From the NCBI GenBank assembly GCA_964588765.1, contig CAZPQS010000001.1:1-51588 (forward strand): a stretch of DNA of 51,588 nt, written 5' to 3'. Source of the DNA: an uncultured Planctomycetales bacterium (lineage in GTDB: Bacteria; Omnitrophota; Gorgyraeia; Gygaellales; JAHJCI01). A program made the translations under genes and the position numbers. The notes beneath the pieces are model-generated. The model was not told where the DNA came from, made no database searches, and saw only the letters and a list, made by a program, of their open reading frames with translations. Below, in pieces: positions 27,627 through 36,296 of this stretch; the first letter of the stretch is position 1; each line of letters begins with the position of its first letter.

Positions 27627-28838
27627 TTACTCAGCGCAACGATATTTTTTTGCATGATGGTTCGTATAACGACAATGCCCTTCTAAGCGCTTATAGGCCG
27701 ATATAAGCGAGGAAGCGCTCACTGCCCAATTATATTTTCTTTCTGCCCTTTGCCGTGCAAAACTGCTTAAATTTTCTCTTAATCCTCTATCGGCTAATAA
27801 CCTTAAGATACCGGCAGCTAAATAATGGGGGCTACCCGGCGCAACTAAGATACCCACCCCCCCCAACATCCTTCTTACCTCGCCTACATTGCTGGCGACG
27901 GTTGCCTTACCGATTGCTAAGTACTCAACAATCTTTAAGGGACTTTTGCAGCGGGTTACCTCCGTATCTTTAAAGGTAGCCACACAAATGTCAGCAGCAG
28001 AAATGTATTCGGGAATTTTGTGATGCGGCACAGAGCCTGTAAAAATAACCTTTTCCTCGACGCCCAATTCATTTACTAATTCCCTTAAAGGCTTTTCCAT
28101 AAACCCCTCGCCCACAATCATAAAGCGGGCATTTGGGTCTTTATGTAAAACAATGTTCGCTGTCCTTATAAATAAATCAATATATTGCGCCCCGTGAAGC
28201 TGGCCAACGTATAAAACCAAAGCTCCGGTTATGTTATATGTTTTTTTTATCTGACTACCGTCAATGCCCGGATTAAATTGCTGTAAATCCGCCCCCACGG
28301 GAATAGAAAAAATATTTTCTTTTTTAACTCCGAAATTTAAAGCCAAGGTCTTTAAATATTCACTCGACACAGAAACCGTATCACTCAATATCGGCAAAAA
28401 TCTCTCTAAGACTTTAAATGAAAAACCAATAAATTCAGAATGCAGCTTCCGCCCGCAGGATTCATACCAAATCATCTCCTCCCAGTCATCCCAGTCATAA
28501 TGCAAAGGCTTTCTATTTATATATGCCGTTATAAGAGCGAGAAGCGAAGCATAATGTTGGCATTTCTGAAAATGAATAATATCCGCCCATTTCCCTAAAC
28601 CGATAATCCGTGAAGTATTTTTAAGGAAAACCCTCGGGGAGGGATAGCGGGATAAAGGAATAACTTCATAGCCATCTAAAAAATGCGGCTTCAAATTGCC
28701 GTTATCGGTCAAGGGAAAATAAACAAGCCTGACTTGATAGTGATTCTTCACTAATTCAACCGCTAAAGATTTAATCCTCCTTGTCCAGGGCTCGCAGGGA
28801 GAATGGATATCGTGGGGATGAACCATAAGTATGCGCAT
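27627..28838 (-). CDS. GT4 (GT-B fold) glycosyltransferase
   Basis: 403 aa. MRILMVHPH. FMIVGEG...KVIFTGSVPH. PLKIVEYLAIGKATVASNVGE. The ATG directly abuts the TAG of the upstream gene (28839-28841). Confidence 0.8.
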   Translation of the reverse strand: MRILMVHPHDIHSPCEPWTRRIKSLAVELVKNHYQVRLVYFPLTDNGNLKPHFLDGYEVIPLSRYPSPRVFLKNTSRIIGLGKWADIIHFQKCQHYASLLALITAYINRKPLHYDWDDWEEMIWYESCGRKLHSEFIGFSFKVLERFLPILSDTVSVSSEYLKTLALNFGVKKENIFSIPVGADLQQFNPGIDGSQIKKTYNITGALVLYVGQLHGAQYIDLFIRTANIVLHKDPNARFMIVGEGFMEKPLRELVNELGVEEKVIFTGSVPHHKIPEYISAADICVATFKDTEVTRCKSPLKIVEYLAIGKATVASNVGEVRRMLGGVGILVAPGSPHYLAAGILRLLADRGLRENLSSFARQRAERKYNWAVSASSLISAYKRLEGHCRYTNHHAKKYRCAE

Positions 28839-31800
28839 CTATTCGCCTCCCAAGAGAGATTTCCGCCTCAGTTTTTTGAATATCCAGAAATAAATAATGT
28901 AAGATAGAGTAAAGGCAGAGATAGCGCAGAAGAGGATAAATTTTAACGGGCTCCGCTTCTTAAAAAGTCTGGCCTTGTCCACTCTTTGAGGAAGATTCTG
29001 CAGGCGATTTATCTCTGTCTTGAGTCTCTCCAGCTGTTCAGGCAATCCTATTTTGGAAATATTGGATAATTCTTCTTCCTTGCCCTCTTTTATATTGGTT
29101 TCCATCACCCTTAAGCCCAAATCGCAGGCTAAATCCAATAATCTCTGCGCTCTTTCTTTCCTCACTTCGTAATTATTTCCATCGAATGTCTCCCAAAGAT
29201 AATGCCAATTTTTCTCCGGCAATGATTTAAGATTATATTTTCTGTGGTCCTCATAAACCTCTGTCCCGGCAATAAGATGCAGGGTATTTATAGATTTTAT
29301 CGTATCGATATAAGAAGCATTTTCTTTGATAAACCTATGGGTCTGCTTAAAATCCCGTTCCCTCTCACCCGGAAAACCAATCATAATAAAAACTTCCACT
29401 TCCATACCCGCCCGCTTGGCTGCTCTTATATTACTCTGCGCTATCCCTGCCGTGTAAATTTTTTTCATACGTCTCAAAACCTCATCTGAGCCGCTTTCTA
29501 CGCCGATTTGAATCTTAAAACAACCGGCTTTGCGCATTTTATCAAACAATTTACAATCCATTTCCTTGCGCGGAGCAATCTGACCCGACCATTTTATTTT
29601 AAAATTATTTTTTATTAGCTTTTCGCATAAGATACTAATCTGCCCGATGTCGCCGTTCATTAAAGGGTCGCACACGGTAAACTCTTTGATTCCGTACCGA
29701 TTAACAATAAAACTGACTTCCTTAATTATATACTCCGGATCTCTTGCCCGGTAGCCGGGCATCAAGGAATAATTTTTACAAAAACTGCATCTGCCGATGC
29801 ATCCCCGGGACCACTCTACTATTAAGGACCGGCCGCCGCTATATTGAGACAGATTAAAGCCTTCGTAATCCGGAAAGGGAATGCCTTCAATGGGGCTTAC
29901 GGGCGGACGCGGCTTATATTCCCACTTGCCATTTAGTTTATTTGCCACACCCGTTAGATTATCCGTCCCCAAAATACCCTTTTCTTTTTGAATAATCTCA
30001 TAGAGGGTTTCTTCTCCTTCGCCTACGACAAAATAATCTATATATCCGGGGATATTATCGATAAAAACATCTCTTTGTTCTTTAGTAGAACAGGCGGGAC
30101 CCCCTAAAATAATCCTCTTCTCAGGCGCCTTATTCTTTATCCGCTTAATCAACTCTATAGTTAATCTCTCTTTAGGGTCAACCACAGAAAAACCGATTAA
30201 ATTGGTATCCGTAGATAATATTTTATTTACAGCATAATCAATCTCTGCTCTAAACAATTCGCAGACTAAGGGAAAGGTCTTCTCATTGCTCCAATAATTT
30301 TTATTCTCTACGTGCCAGAGCATTTTATAATCGTCCGTCGCATTATAAAAATAAATATTAAAATCATAGGTCTGGCATCTCAAGCCTTTATGTCGTATGT
30401 AGGAGTCTAAGTATCCCAAACCCAACGGCGGATTCTCCGGACCCCAGGGAGGCAAGGTTACCAGTAGAATATCTAAATTTGTTTTTCGCTCTTTGCTGAA
30501 TACGTTAGTCGTAAAAATGGGGATTTTCAATTGTTCCAGAAGCGATATGGCTTCCCGGGCCCTGTCTTTACGTATCTGGTATGTATTGCCGGGGCTTGAC
30601 CAATGGGAATCTCTCAATAAACCTTCTTCTGGAAAAATTATTCCATATTTCTGCGAATTATATGATAAGCCGGACCCTAAGGTAGCATTACAAATATTGA
30701 TATTAGTAATACCGGAAATATATTCCCTGTTTCTTTTTATGAATCCGAGGGTTTCCCGGAATTCTTCTTCACCCTCCCCCGGAAAACCAATAATAAAGTT
30801 CACCTGTGTGTTTATTCCCGCATCTCGGGTATCTTTCAGAATCCGCTCGACTACTTCTGTATTAATCAATTTTCCCATTAATTTTAAAACCCTGTTCGAA
30901 CCTGATTCTATACCATAATTTAATGTCAGGCATCCCGCTTGATGCATTTTTTTAAGTAATGCGAGGCTCATCCCTTTAGCCGGTATGGCCAAGGCTATCC
31001 AGGTAATTTTAAGATTATTTTTTATTATCAAATCGCATAATCTTTCTAATTCCTCAAAATTGCCGTTAAGCGCCGGGTCATTAAAATAGAATTTGGTAAT
31101 CCCGTATTGCTTAAGATGGTGTTTAATTTCTTCTATTATCTTTTCTGCCCGGCGGCTTCTATATTTACCCATCAATCGCCAATCATCACAAAAGGCGCAA
31201 TGGAAAATACACCCCCTGCTCATTAAAAGCGGTAAGTTTTTCTCTCTGTACTTGTTTAAATTAAACTCGGCATAGCTGGGGTATGGTAAATTATTTATGT
31301 CATTGATAATATAAGGGTTAAGGCTGCGGGAGTGATTTTGAAAAGAAATAATTCCCGGCAAATCCTTAACATCCTGTTTATTCTTTAATCTCCGTATAAA
31401 AGAGACTAAAGGCTCTTCTCCTTCTCCGACGAAAAAGTAATCCACCGTGCCTTCGGGGAAAATATTTCTCTCTGGGGAGGTAGCGGCGCCGCGGCCTCCA
31501 ACAACGATTATTTTTTGGGGGCTGCGCCGTTTAATCCTCTGCATAATTTCGATACTGAAAAATCTATTCGGCGCATAGACAGAGAAACCAATCAAATCAC
31601 AATCAAAAGATAATATCTTATTAACGCAGCGTTCAATCTCTCGTTCAAATTTATCTTTCATCCCGTTAAAAAATGAATAATCATCCCAATTTTCTGCATA
31701 GGACATCTGCCAATATTGTTTTAAAGGAATGTCGATATCGTTAAAGATATCTATATTGAAGTCTAAAATCTCGAAGTTAATTTTTCTTGATTTAAGGAAG

Positions 31801-32786
31801 GAGGCTATATAAGCTAAGCCCAAGGGTGGCATATCTATACCCCAAATCGGACAAATGGCTAAAAGAATATCCGGTTTTTTAGCTCTGTCTTTAGTTATAT
31901 CCGGTTCAGAAGGCTTATTTATAATAGCCGCTTCGCATCTCTTACAAATAAAATTAGCCGGAGATTCCTTCCTTCCGTCTCTTTTATCTCTTATATCCTG
32001 ATAATGCCGTGAATTCCAAATCTGATAAATATTTTGCCTATTTATATTTCCTAAGATTACCTCCCGCCTCCAGTCCATACAGCATAAGACCACATTGCCA
32101 TCTTCTACGATATGGACCATCTCATTAGCCCAGATAGAGGTACAGCCATTTATCTTCTCATGCCGGACTCTTGGTAAATCTTTAACATTGCCGGCACGGC
32201 TTATCGGGCCGTCAAAATAACTGATTCGCTCTATGCCCTCCTCCTGCCAGAACTTTATTGCTTCTTCTTTTTCTTCCGGCGTCAGATATTTATGCCGTAA
32301 GAAGGTAACCATGATAAAATCCTTGATATTCCTTTTTGCCTTGGCCTTTTCGATGAAACTTAGAACCCTGGCGAAGGTTGAATCATAATTTAAACCCATT
32401 GTCTTCTCTATGGTTTCTTTTTTTATGCCGTGCAAACTGATTCCAATCCAGTCCAGTTTGGAATCTATTAAATCCTGGGATAATCTTCCGGTCAATAGAC
32501 TTCCGTTAACAAGGATATGGATGTTTGCCCAGGGAGCCTTCTGTTTGGCATAATTTATCCTCCCGACTAAATAGGGGTCGGTTAAAGGCTCATTATTTAA
32601 GTAAAGGATTATTCTTTCAATATTTTTATGTTGGCTGCATTCATCGATGATTTTCCTGAATAAACTCTCGGTCATAATTTTTTTTGGAAATAAATCCTTT
32701 ATCTGCTCATATGGGCAAAAGACACAATGCGCATTACAGAGCGAAGTAGTCTGAATAGATAAATACTTAGGGAAATTTATGTCCAT
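28839..32786 (-). CDS. Triple radical SAM fusion: SPASM/twitch-type module, two B12-binding class-B modules, coiled-coil and C-terminal TM anchor
   Basis: 1315 aa. CNAHCVFC (C17/21/24) followed by C-x14-G-x4-CC and CKRC. SRGCIFHCAFC (C526/530/533). SRGCIGRCSFC (C996/1000/1003). The hydrophobic stretch FILFCAISAFTLSYIIYFWIF lies at aa 1283-1303. Confidence 0.85.
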   Translation of the reverse strand: MDINFPKYLSIQTTSLCNAHCVFCPYEQIKDLFPKKIMTESLFRKIIDECSQHKNIERIILYLNNEPLTDPYLVGRINYAKQKAPWANIHILVNGSLLTGRLSQDLIDSKLDWIGISLHGIKKETIEKTMGLNYDSTFARVLSFIEKAKAKRNIKDFIMVTFLRHKYLTPEEKEEAIKFWQEEGIERISYFDGPISRAGNVKDLPRVRHEKINGCTSIWANEMVHIVEDGNVVLCCMDWRREVILGNINRQNIYQIWNSRHYQDIRDKRDGRKESPANFICKRCEAAIINKPSEPDITKDRAKKPDILLAICPIWGIDMPPLGLAYIASFLKSRKINFEILDFNIDIFNDIDIPLKQYWQMSYAENWDDYSFFNGMKDKFEREIERCVNKILSFDCDLIGFSVYAPNRFFSIEIMQRIKRRSPQKIIVVGGRGAATSPERNIFPEGTVDYFFVGEGEEPLVSFIRRLKNKQDVKDLPGIISFQNHSRSLNPYIINDINNLPYPSYAEFNLNKYREKNLPLLMSRGCIFHCAFCDDWRLMGKYRSRRAEKIIEEIKHHLKQYGITKFYFNDPALNGNFEELERLCDLIIKNNLKITWIALAIPAKGMSLALLKKMHQAGCLTLNYGIESGSNRVLKLMGKLINTEVVERILKDTRDAGINTQVNFIIGFPGEGEEEFRETLGFIKRNREYISGITNINICNATLGSGLSYNSQKYGIIFPEEGLLRDSHWSSPGNTYQIRKDRAREAISLLEQLKIPIFTTNVFSKERKTNLDILLVTLPPWGPENPPLGLGYLDSYIRHKGLRCQTYDFNIYFYNATDDYKMLWHVENKNYWSNEKTFPLVCELFRAEIDYAVNKILSTDTNLIGFSVVDPKERLTIELIKRIKNKAPEKRIILGGPACSTKEQRDVFIDNIPGYIDYFVVGEGEETLYEIIQKEKGILGTDNLTGVANKLNGKWEYKPRPPVSPIEGIPFPDYEGFNLSQYSGGRSLIVEWSRGCIGRCSFCKNYSLMPGYRARDPEYIIKEVSFIVNRYGIKEFTVCDPLMNGDIGQISILCEKLIKNNFKIKWSGQIAPRKEMDCKLFDKMRKAGCFKIQIGVESGSDEVLRRMKKIYTAGIAQSNIRAAKRAGMEVEVFIMIGFPGERERDFKQTHRFIKENASYIDTIKSINTLHLIAGTEVYEDHRKYNLKSLPEKNWHYLWETFDGNNYEVRKERAQRLLDLACDLGLRVMETNIKEGKEEELSNISKIGLPEQLERLKTEINRLQNLPQRVDKARLFKKRSPLKFILFCAISAFTLSYIIYFWIFKKLRRKSLLGGE

Positions 32787-32788
32787 AT

Positions 32789-34174
32789 TTATTGTAAATA
32801 GCCTAAACCCTTGAGCCTTTCCTTTGCCTGTTCATCAAGCGGTTTTGCCAAAGGGGTTATATTTGGCTTTGGACGGCTCATCCACTCTTCTAATTTCGCC
32901 TTCAATAATTCAAATCGTTCTTTTTCAATCCCAATGAGATTATTTAATTCCTGTGGATCGTCTTTCAAATTATAAAGCTCATATCTAATGCCGTACTCTG
33001 AGGTTTCATAAATTAACTTCCATTCTCCGTCAAGAACAGACCGCAATTCTGCATCTGCCACATTCCCGGATATAATCTTAGTTGCCCCGATTTCGCTAAA
33101 GGCGGGGTTGCTAAATTTTTTATTTTTATTCAACACCAATGGATAAAAACTCAAACCGTCGATATTTATATTTAATTTTATTCTTAGAATCTCAAACAGA
33201 GAAGGCATAATGTCAATTAATTCTACCGGATATTTAATTCTCATACCGGAAGGCAACATATTTCCTTTAATAATTAAAGGGACGTTTATTTCTTCGTTAT
33301 ATAAACAATCGCCGTGCTGAAAATATATATTTCGCTCGCCGAGACTTTCGCCGTGATCTGCCGAAATAATAATAATGGTTTTTCCATATAGATTTCTATT
33401 CCTTAACGTATCTAATATCTCCCCTATTAAGCTATCAACAAAGGCGATTTCGCCGTCATATTGAGATAAATAGTAATTAATATCGGCGATGTTATCTTCC
33501 GATACCCATTCCGGTATTACTCCAACAAATTCCTTTCCTTTGCCTATAGGAATATATTTAGGCCTATCATTTGTTATAAAAACCCGATTAAATGGATAAG
33601 GGGGCCGATAAGGAGCATGGGGATATTCATAGAAATGTATCCAGAGAAAAAACTTCCTGTCTTTAAAATTATTAATCCATTTTTTTATATCCTTAGTTAA
33701 CTTAAATACATCTTCGTAATCAAAAATATAATCAAAACCCCTGTCAAGACCAGGAAAGTTTGTAAGCCATCCCTTATCGCCGAACGCGACAGCCGTATAA
33801 TAATTTTCTTTCTTTAAAATCTGGGCGAGGGTTATCAAATTCTTATCTAAGATACATCCAAAATTGGTTATTTTATGCGTGCTGGGATAAGTGGCTGTCA
33901 GAAGCGACGGTAAAGAACTCCCTGTCCAGGTTGACTGGCTGATTGCCTGGGTAAACAAAATACCTTCTTCAGCCAGTTTATCAATATTGGGCGAGGTATT
34001 TTGTTTATATCCATAACAACCTAAATGGTCGGGCCTTAAAGCATCAATGGTGATTAAAAGGATATTGGAATAATTCGCTCTATTAAAGAAATAGAATAAA
34101 TAAATTCCTGCAATAACCATCAAACAAAGCGATACGGCTGTGAACAATTTTTGCTTTCTATTTATTCTCATCAT
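32789..34174 (-). CDS. Membrane-anchored sulfatase-family protein without a C/S-x-P-x-R motif (paralog of 13026..14408)
   Basis: 461 aa. LITIDALRPDHLGCYGY and IISADHGESLGER blocks. N-terminal signal anchor. C-terminal LKGLGYLQ. Confidence 0.75.
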   Translation of the reverse strand: MMRINRKQKLFTAVSLCLMVIAGIYLFYFFNRANYSNILLITIDALRPDHLGCYGYKQNTSPNIDKLAEEGILFTQAISQSTWTGSSLPSLLTATYPSTHKITNFGCILDKNLITLAQILKKENYYTAVAFGDKGWLTNFPGLDRGFDYIFDYEDVFKLTKDIKKWINNFKDRKFFLWIHFYEYPHAPYRPPYPFNRVFITNDRPKYIPIGKGKEFVGVIPEWVSEDNIADINYYLSQYDGEIAFVDSLIGEILDTLRNRNLYGKTIIIISADHGESLGERNIYFQHGDCLYNEEINVPLIIKGNMLPSGMRIKYPVELIDIMPSLFEILRIKLNINIDGLSFYPLVLNKNKKFSNPAFSEIGATKIISGNVADAELRSVLDGEWKLIYETSEYGIRYELYNLKDDPQELNNLIGIEKERFELLKAKLEEWMSRPKPNITPLAKPLDEQAKERLKGLGYLQ

Positions 34175-34180
34175 AAAATC

Positions 34181-36295
34181 CTAGGGATCTTGACCATTTC
34201 TTAAATTAAGCAGCAACGGTAATTTGGCAGAGCCGTAAGCTTTCAGGTCAAATTCACTAAAATCAACGGAATCTCTGATTCTCTTATCTGGGGCAATATC
34301 CGATATCCTGCTTTCGGATTTTATATATTTTCCATTTTTATAAATGGCTATATTGGGCAGCGATTCATATTCTGTCCCGGTATTTACCGTATTTAAAATT
34401 CTGGGAAGGGTCGATTCCTCTTGCGCAAAGACGATAATGTCTACTGCTCCCGGAGGAATTAACCCATATACATCTTCATTTTCAAAAATTGACCCCAGAA
34501 AAATAGTAAAAACGAAAGGGTTATATTTTTTAAGAAGCGAACTTAATTTCAGAGAAAATATAAGATTCTCCCTGCTTATTAAAAAACAAAATTTATTTGT
34601 CTCTGCCGAAATCAACTCCTCCGATAATTTAAAGAATTCCTCCTCTAATGAATTAAATAAATATGAAAGCTCATGCTTAAAGCTCCAGCGATACCAGTTC
34701 CGGGAGTCCCATAGGGGCTTTAATTCTTTCGGAACGCGCTGATATAAAATGATATTCAAATCATAAACTAAAGGGCTAAATTCTCTGTTACCGCGCAGAG
34801 AAGAAAACATGGAAGCTAATCTCAAAGGTATTAAATCTGTCCTTGCCGGAGGAGAGAAAAATAAAGCCGCGGTTTTTTTACTGCTGTAGTCTTTTAATCC
34901 CGGCTGGTTCACTATTACAATGGGAATCTCAAAATTAGAGATTACAAAAATAGTTTTTCTTACCCGCTTGAGCCTCCCGGTGAGGTCTAATTCGTTTTCA
35001 TCCAGAAAGAAATTTAAATCCCTTTGCCTGGAAGGCAATTTAATCCTGAATTCCTGAAGATTTCTACCTATTCTTGAGGCAAGCATTATAACAAAAGAAG
35101 ATACATTGGTAATCTCGGAGATATGGTCTTTATTCCTTTTAATAAAAGACAGAGTCTCTTGAAAATCCTCTTCTGTTTCTCCGGGAAAACCGACAATTAT
35201 ATTCAGCGCCGTTTGTATGCCGGCTTCATGCGTAGCCCTGATTACCATTTCTGCATCTTCCGAGGCATAGAATTTATCCATTCTCTTAAGCGTGCGGTTA
35301 CATCCGCTTTCTACCCCATAGCACAGCCATGCGCAGCCTGCCTTCTTCATCTTCTTTAGTAATTTTAAATCCATATCTTTACGGATCATCGCATAGCTTC
35401 CCCAGGTAATATTAAGACCGGACTCAATAATTAGTTGACAGAGTTTTTCTAATTGTTTTAAATTGCCGTTGCAGATTAAATCGTTGAATGAAAAATTATT
35501 TATTTTATTTGTGTGTATATGGTATCTGATTTCATCGACAATCTTCTCGGGCGCCCGATATCGATAATTGCCACACATCAAGTGGTCAATGCAGAAAACA
35601 CATCTTCCAATACAGCCCCGGCTGATTAAAATAGGAATTACCCTTTCCTTATATGAACTGAGTGCGAAATCAGAAAATGTAGGAGAAGATAACTTATCAA
35701 TATCCTGCGTATAAAAAGCTTCAGCCGGCCTTAAGAACTCTTCCTTTTTATAAATCACGCCTCTAATATCATCAAATGCTTTATTATTCTTATAATTGCT
35801 GACTATTTTCTCTAACGCCTCTTCGCCCTCTCCGATAACAAGTGCATCAATCGCTCCGCGGTCATCCGGAAATATGAGCCGGCGGTCGTGCTCCCAAAAA
35901 CAGCCCGTTCCGCCAAAGATAATTATTTTATTTTTATCTTTCTTTTTTATTAAGGTCGCGATTTTAGCAGCAAGACCTATACTGGCGATATTAACCGAAA
36001 AACCCACTAAATTACAATCTACAGAGATTACTTCATTTACCAATGCCTCTATCTCTTCCCGGAAGGCATTAAATATCCTGGAGGTAATTTCGTAGGGAGG
36101 CATAGAGTTGATATTGCATATCTCCCAAAAAAATCTTTTTTCAGGAGAAGCCTTTCGATACAGGGTCAAATTGAAATCCAACATCTTAGACCCAAACCCC
36201 CTGGATTTCAAATGTTCGCAGATATAAGCCAAACCCAAAGGCGGCATCCTTGGTTCCCAAGGCGGAGCCATTATTAAGATTACGTCGTAATTCAT
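34181..36295 (-). CDS. B12-binding class-B radical SAM enzyme with an extra C-terminal B12-domain-like region
   Basis: 704 aa. PPLGLAYICEHL, VIGEGEE, SRGCIGRCVFC (C227/231/234). Residues ~475-704 resemble a second B12-type N-domain but have no following rSAM core. Confidence 0.8.
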   Translation of the reverse strand: MNYDVILIMAPPWEPRMPPLGLAYICEHLKSRGFGSKMLDFNLTLYRKASPEKRFFWEICNINSMPPYEITSRIFNAFREEIEALVNEVISVDCNLVGFSVNIASIGLAAKIATLIKKKDKNKIIIFGGTGCFWEHDRRLIFPDDRGAIDALVIGEGEEALEKIVSNYKNNKAFDDIRGVIYKKEEFLRPAEAFYTQDIDKLSSPTFSDFALSSYKERVIPILISRGCIGRCVFCIDHLMCGNYRYRAPEKIVDEIRYHIHTNKINNFSFNDLICNGNLKQLEKLCQLIIESGLNITWGSYAMIRKDMDLKLLKKMKKAGCAWLCYGVESGCNRTLKRMDKFYASEDAEMVIRATHEAGIQTALNIIVGFPGETEEDFQETLSFIKRNKDHISEITNVSSFVIMLASRIGRNLQEFRIKLPSRQRDLNFFLDENELDLTGRLKRVRKTIFVISNFEIPIVIVNQPGLKDYSSKKTAALFFSPPARTDLIPLRLASMFSSLRGNREFSPLVYDLNIILYQRVPKELKPLWDSRNWYRWSFKHELSYLFNSLEEEFFKLSEELISAETNKFCFLISRENLIFSLKLSSLLKKYNPFVFTIFLGSIFENEDVYGLIPPGAVDIIVFAQEESTLPRILNTVNTGTEYESLPNIAIYKNGKYIKSESRISDIAPDKRIRDSVDFSEFDLKAYGSAKLPLLLNLRNGQDP

Positions 36296-36296
36296 T

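Noticed and set aside
13026-34174. Interpretation as an anSME (anaerobic sulfatase-maturing rSAM) with sulfatase client pairs.
   Set aside because: Both sulfatase-family proteins lack the C/S-x-P-x-R formylglycine motif in my manual alignment, with Thr at the nucleophile position. They are therefore unlikely anSME substrates.
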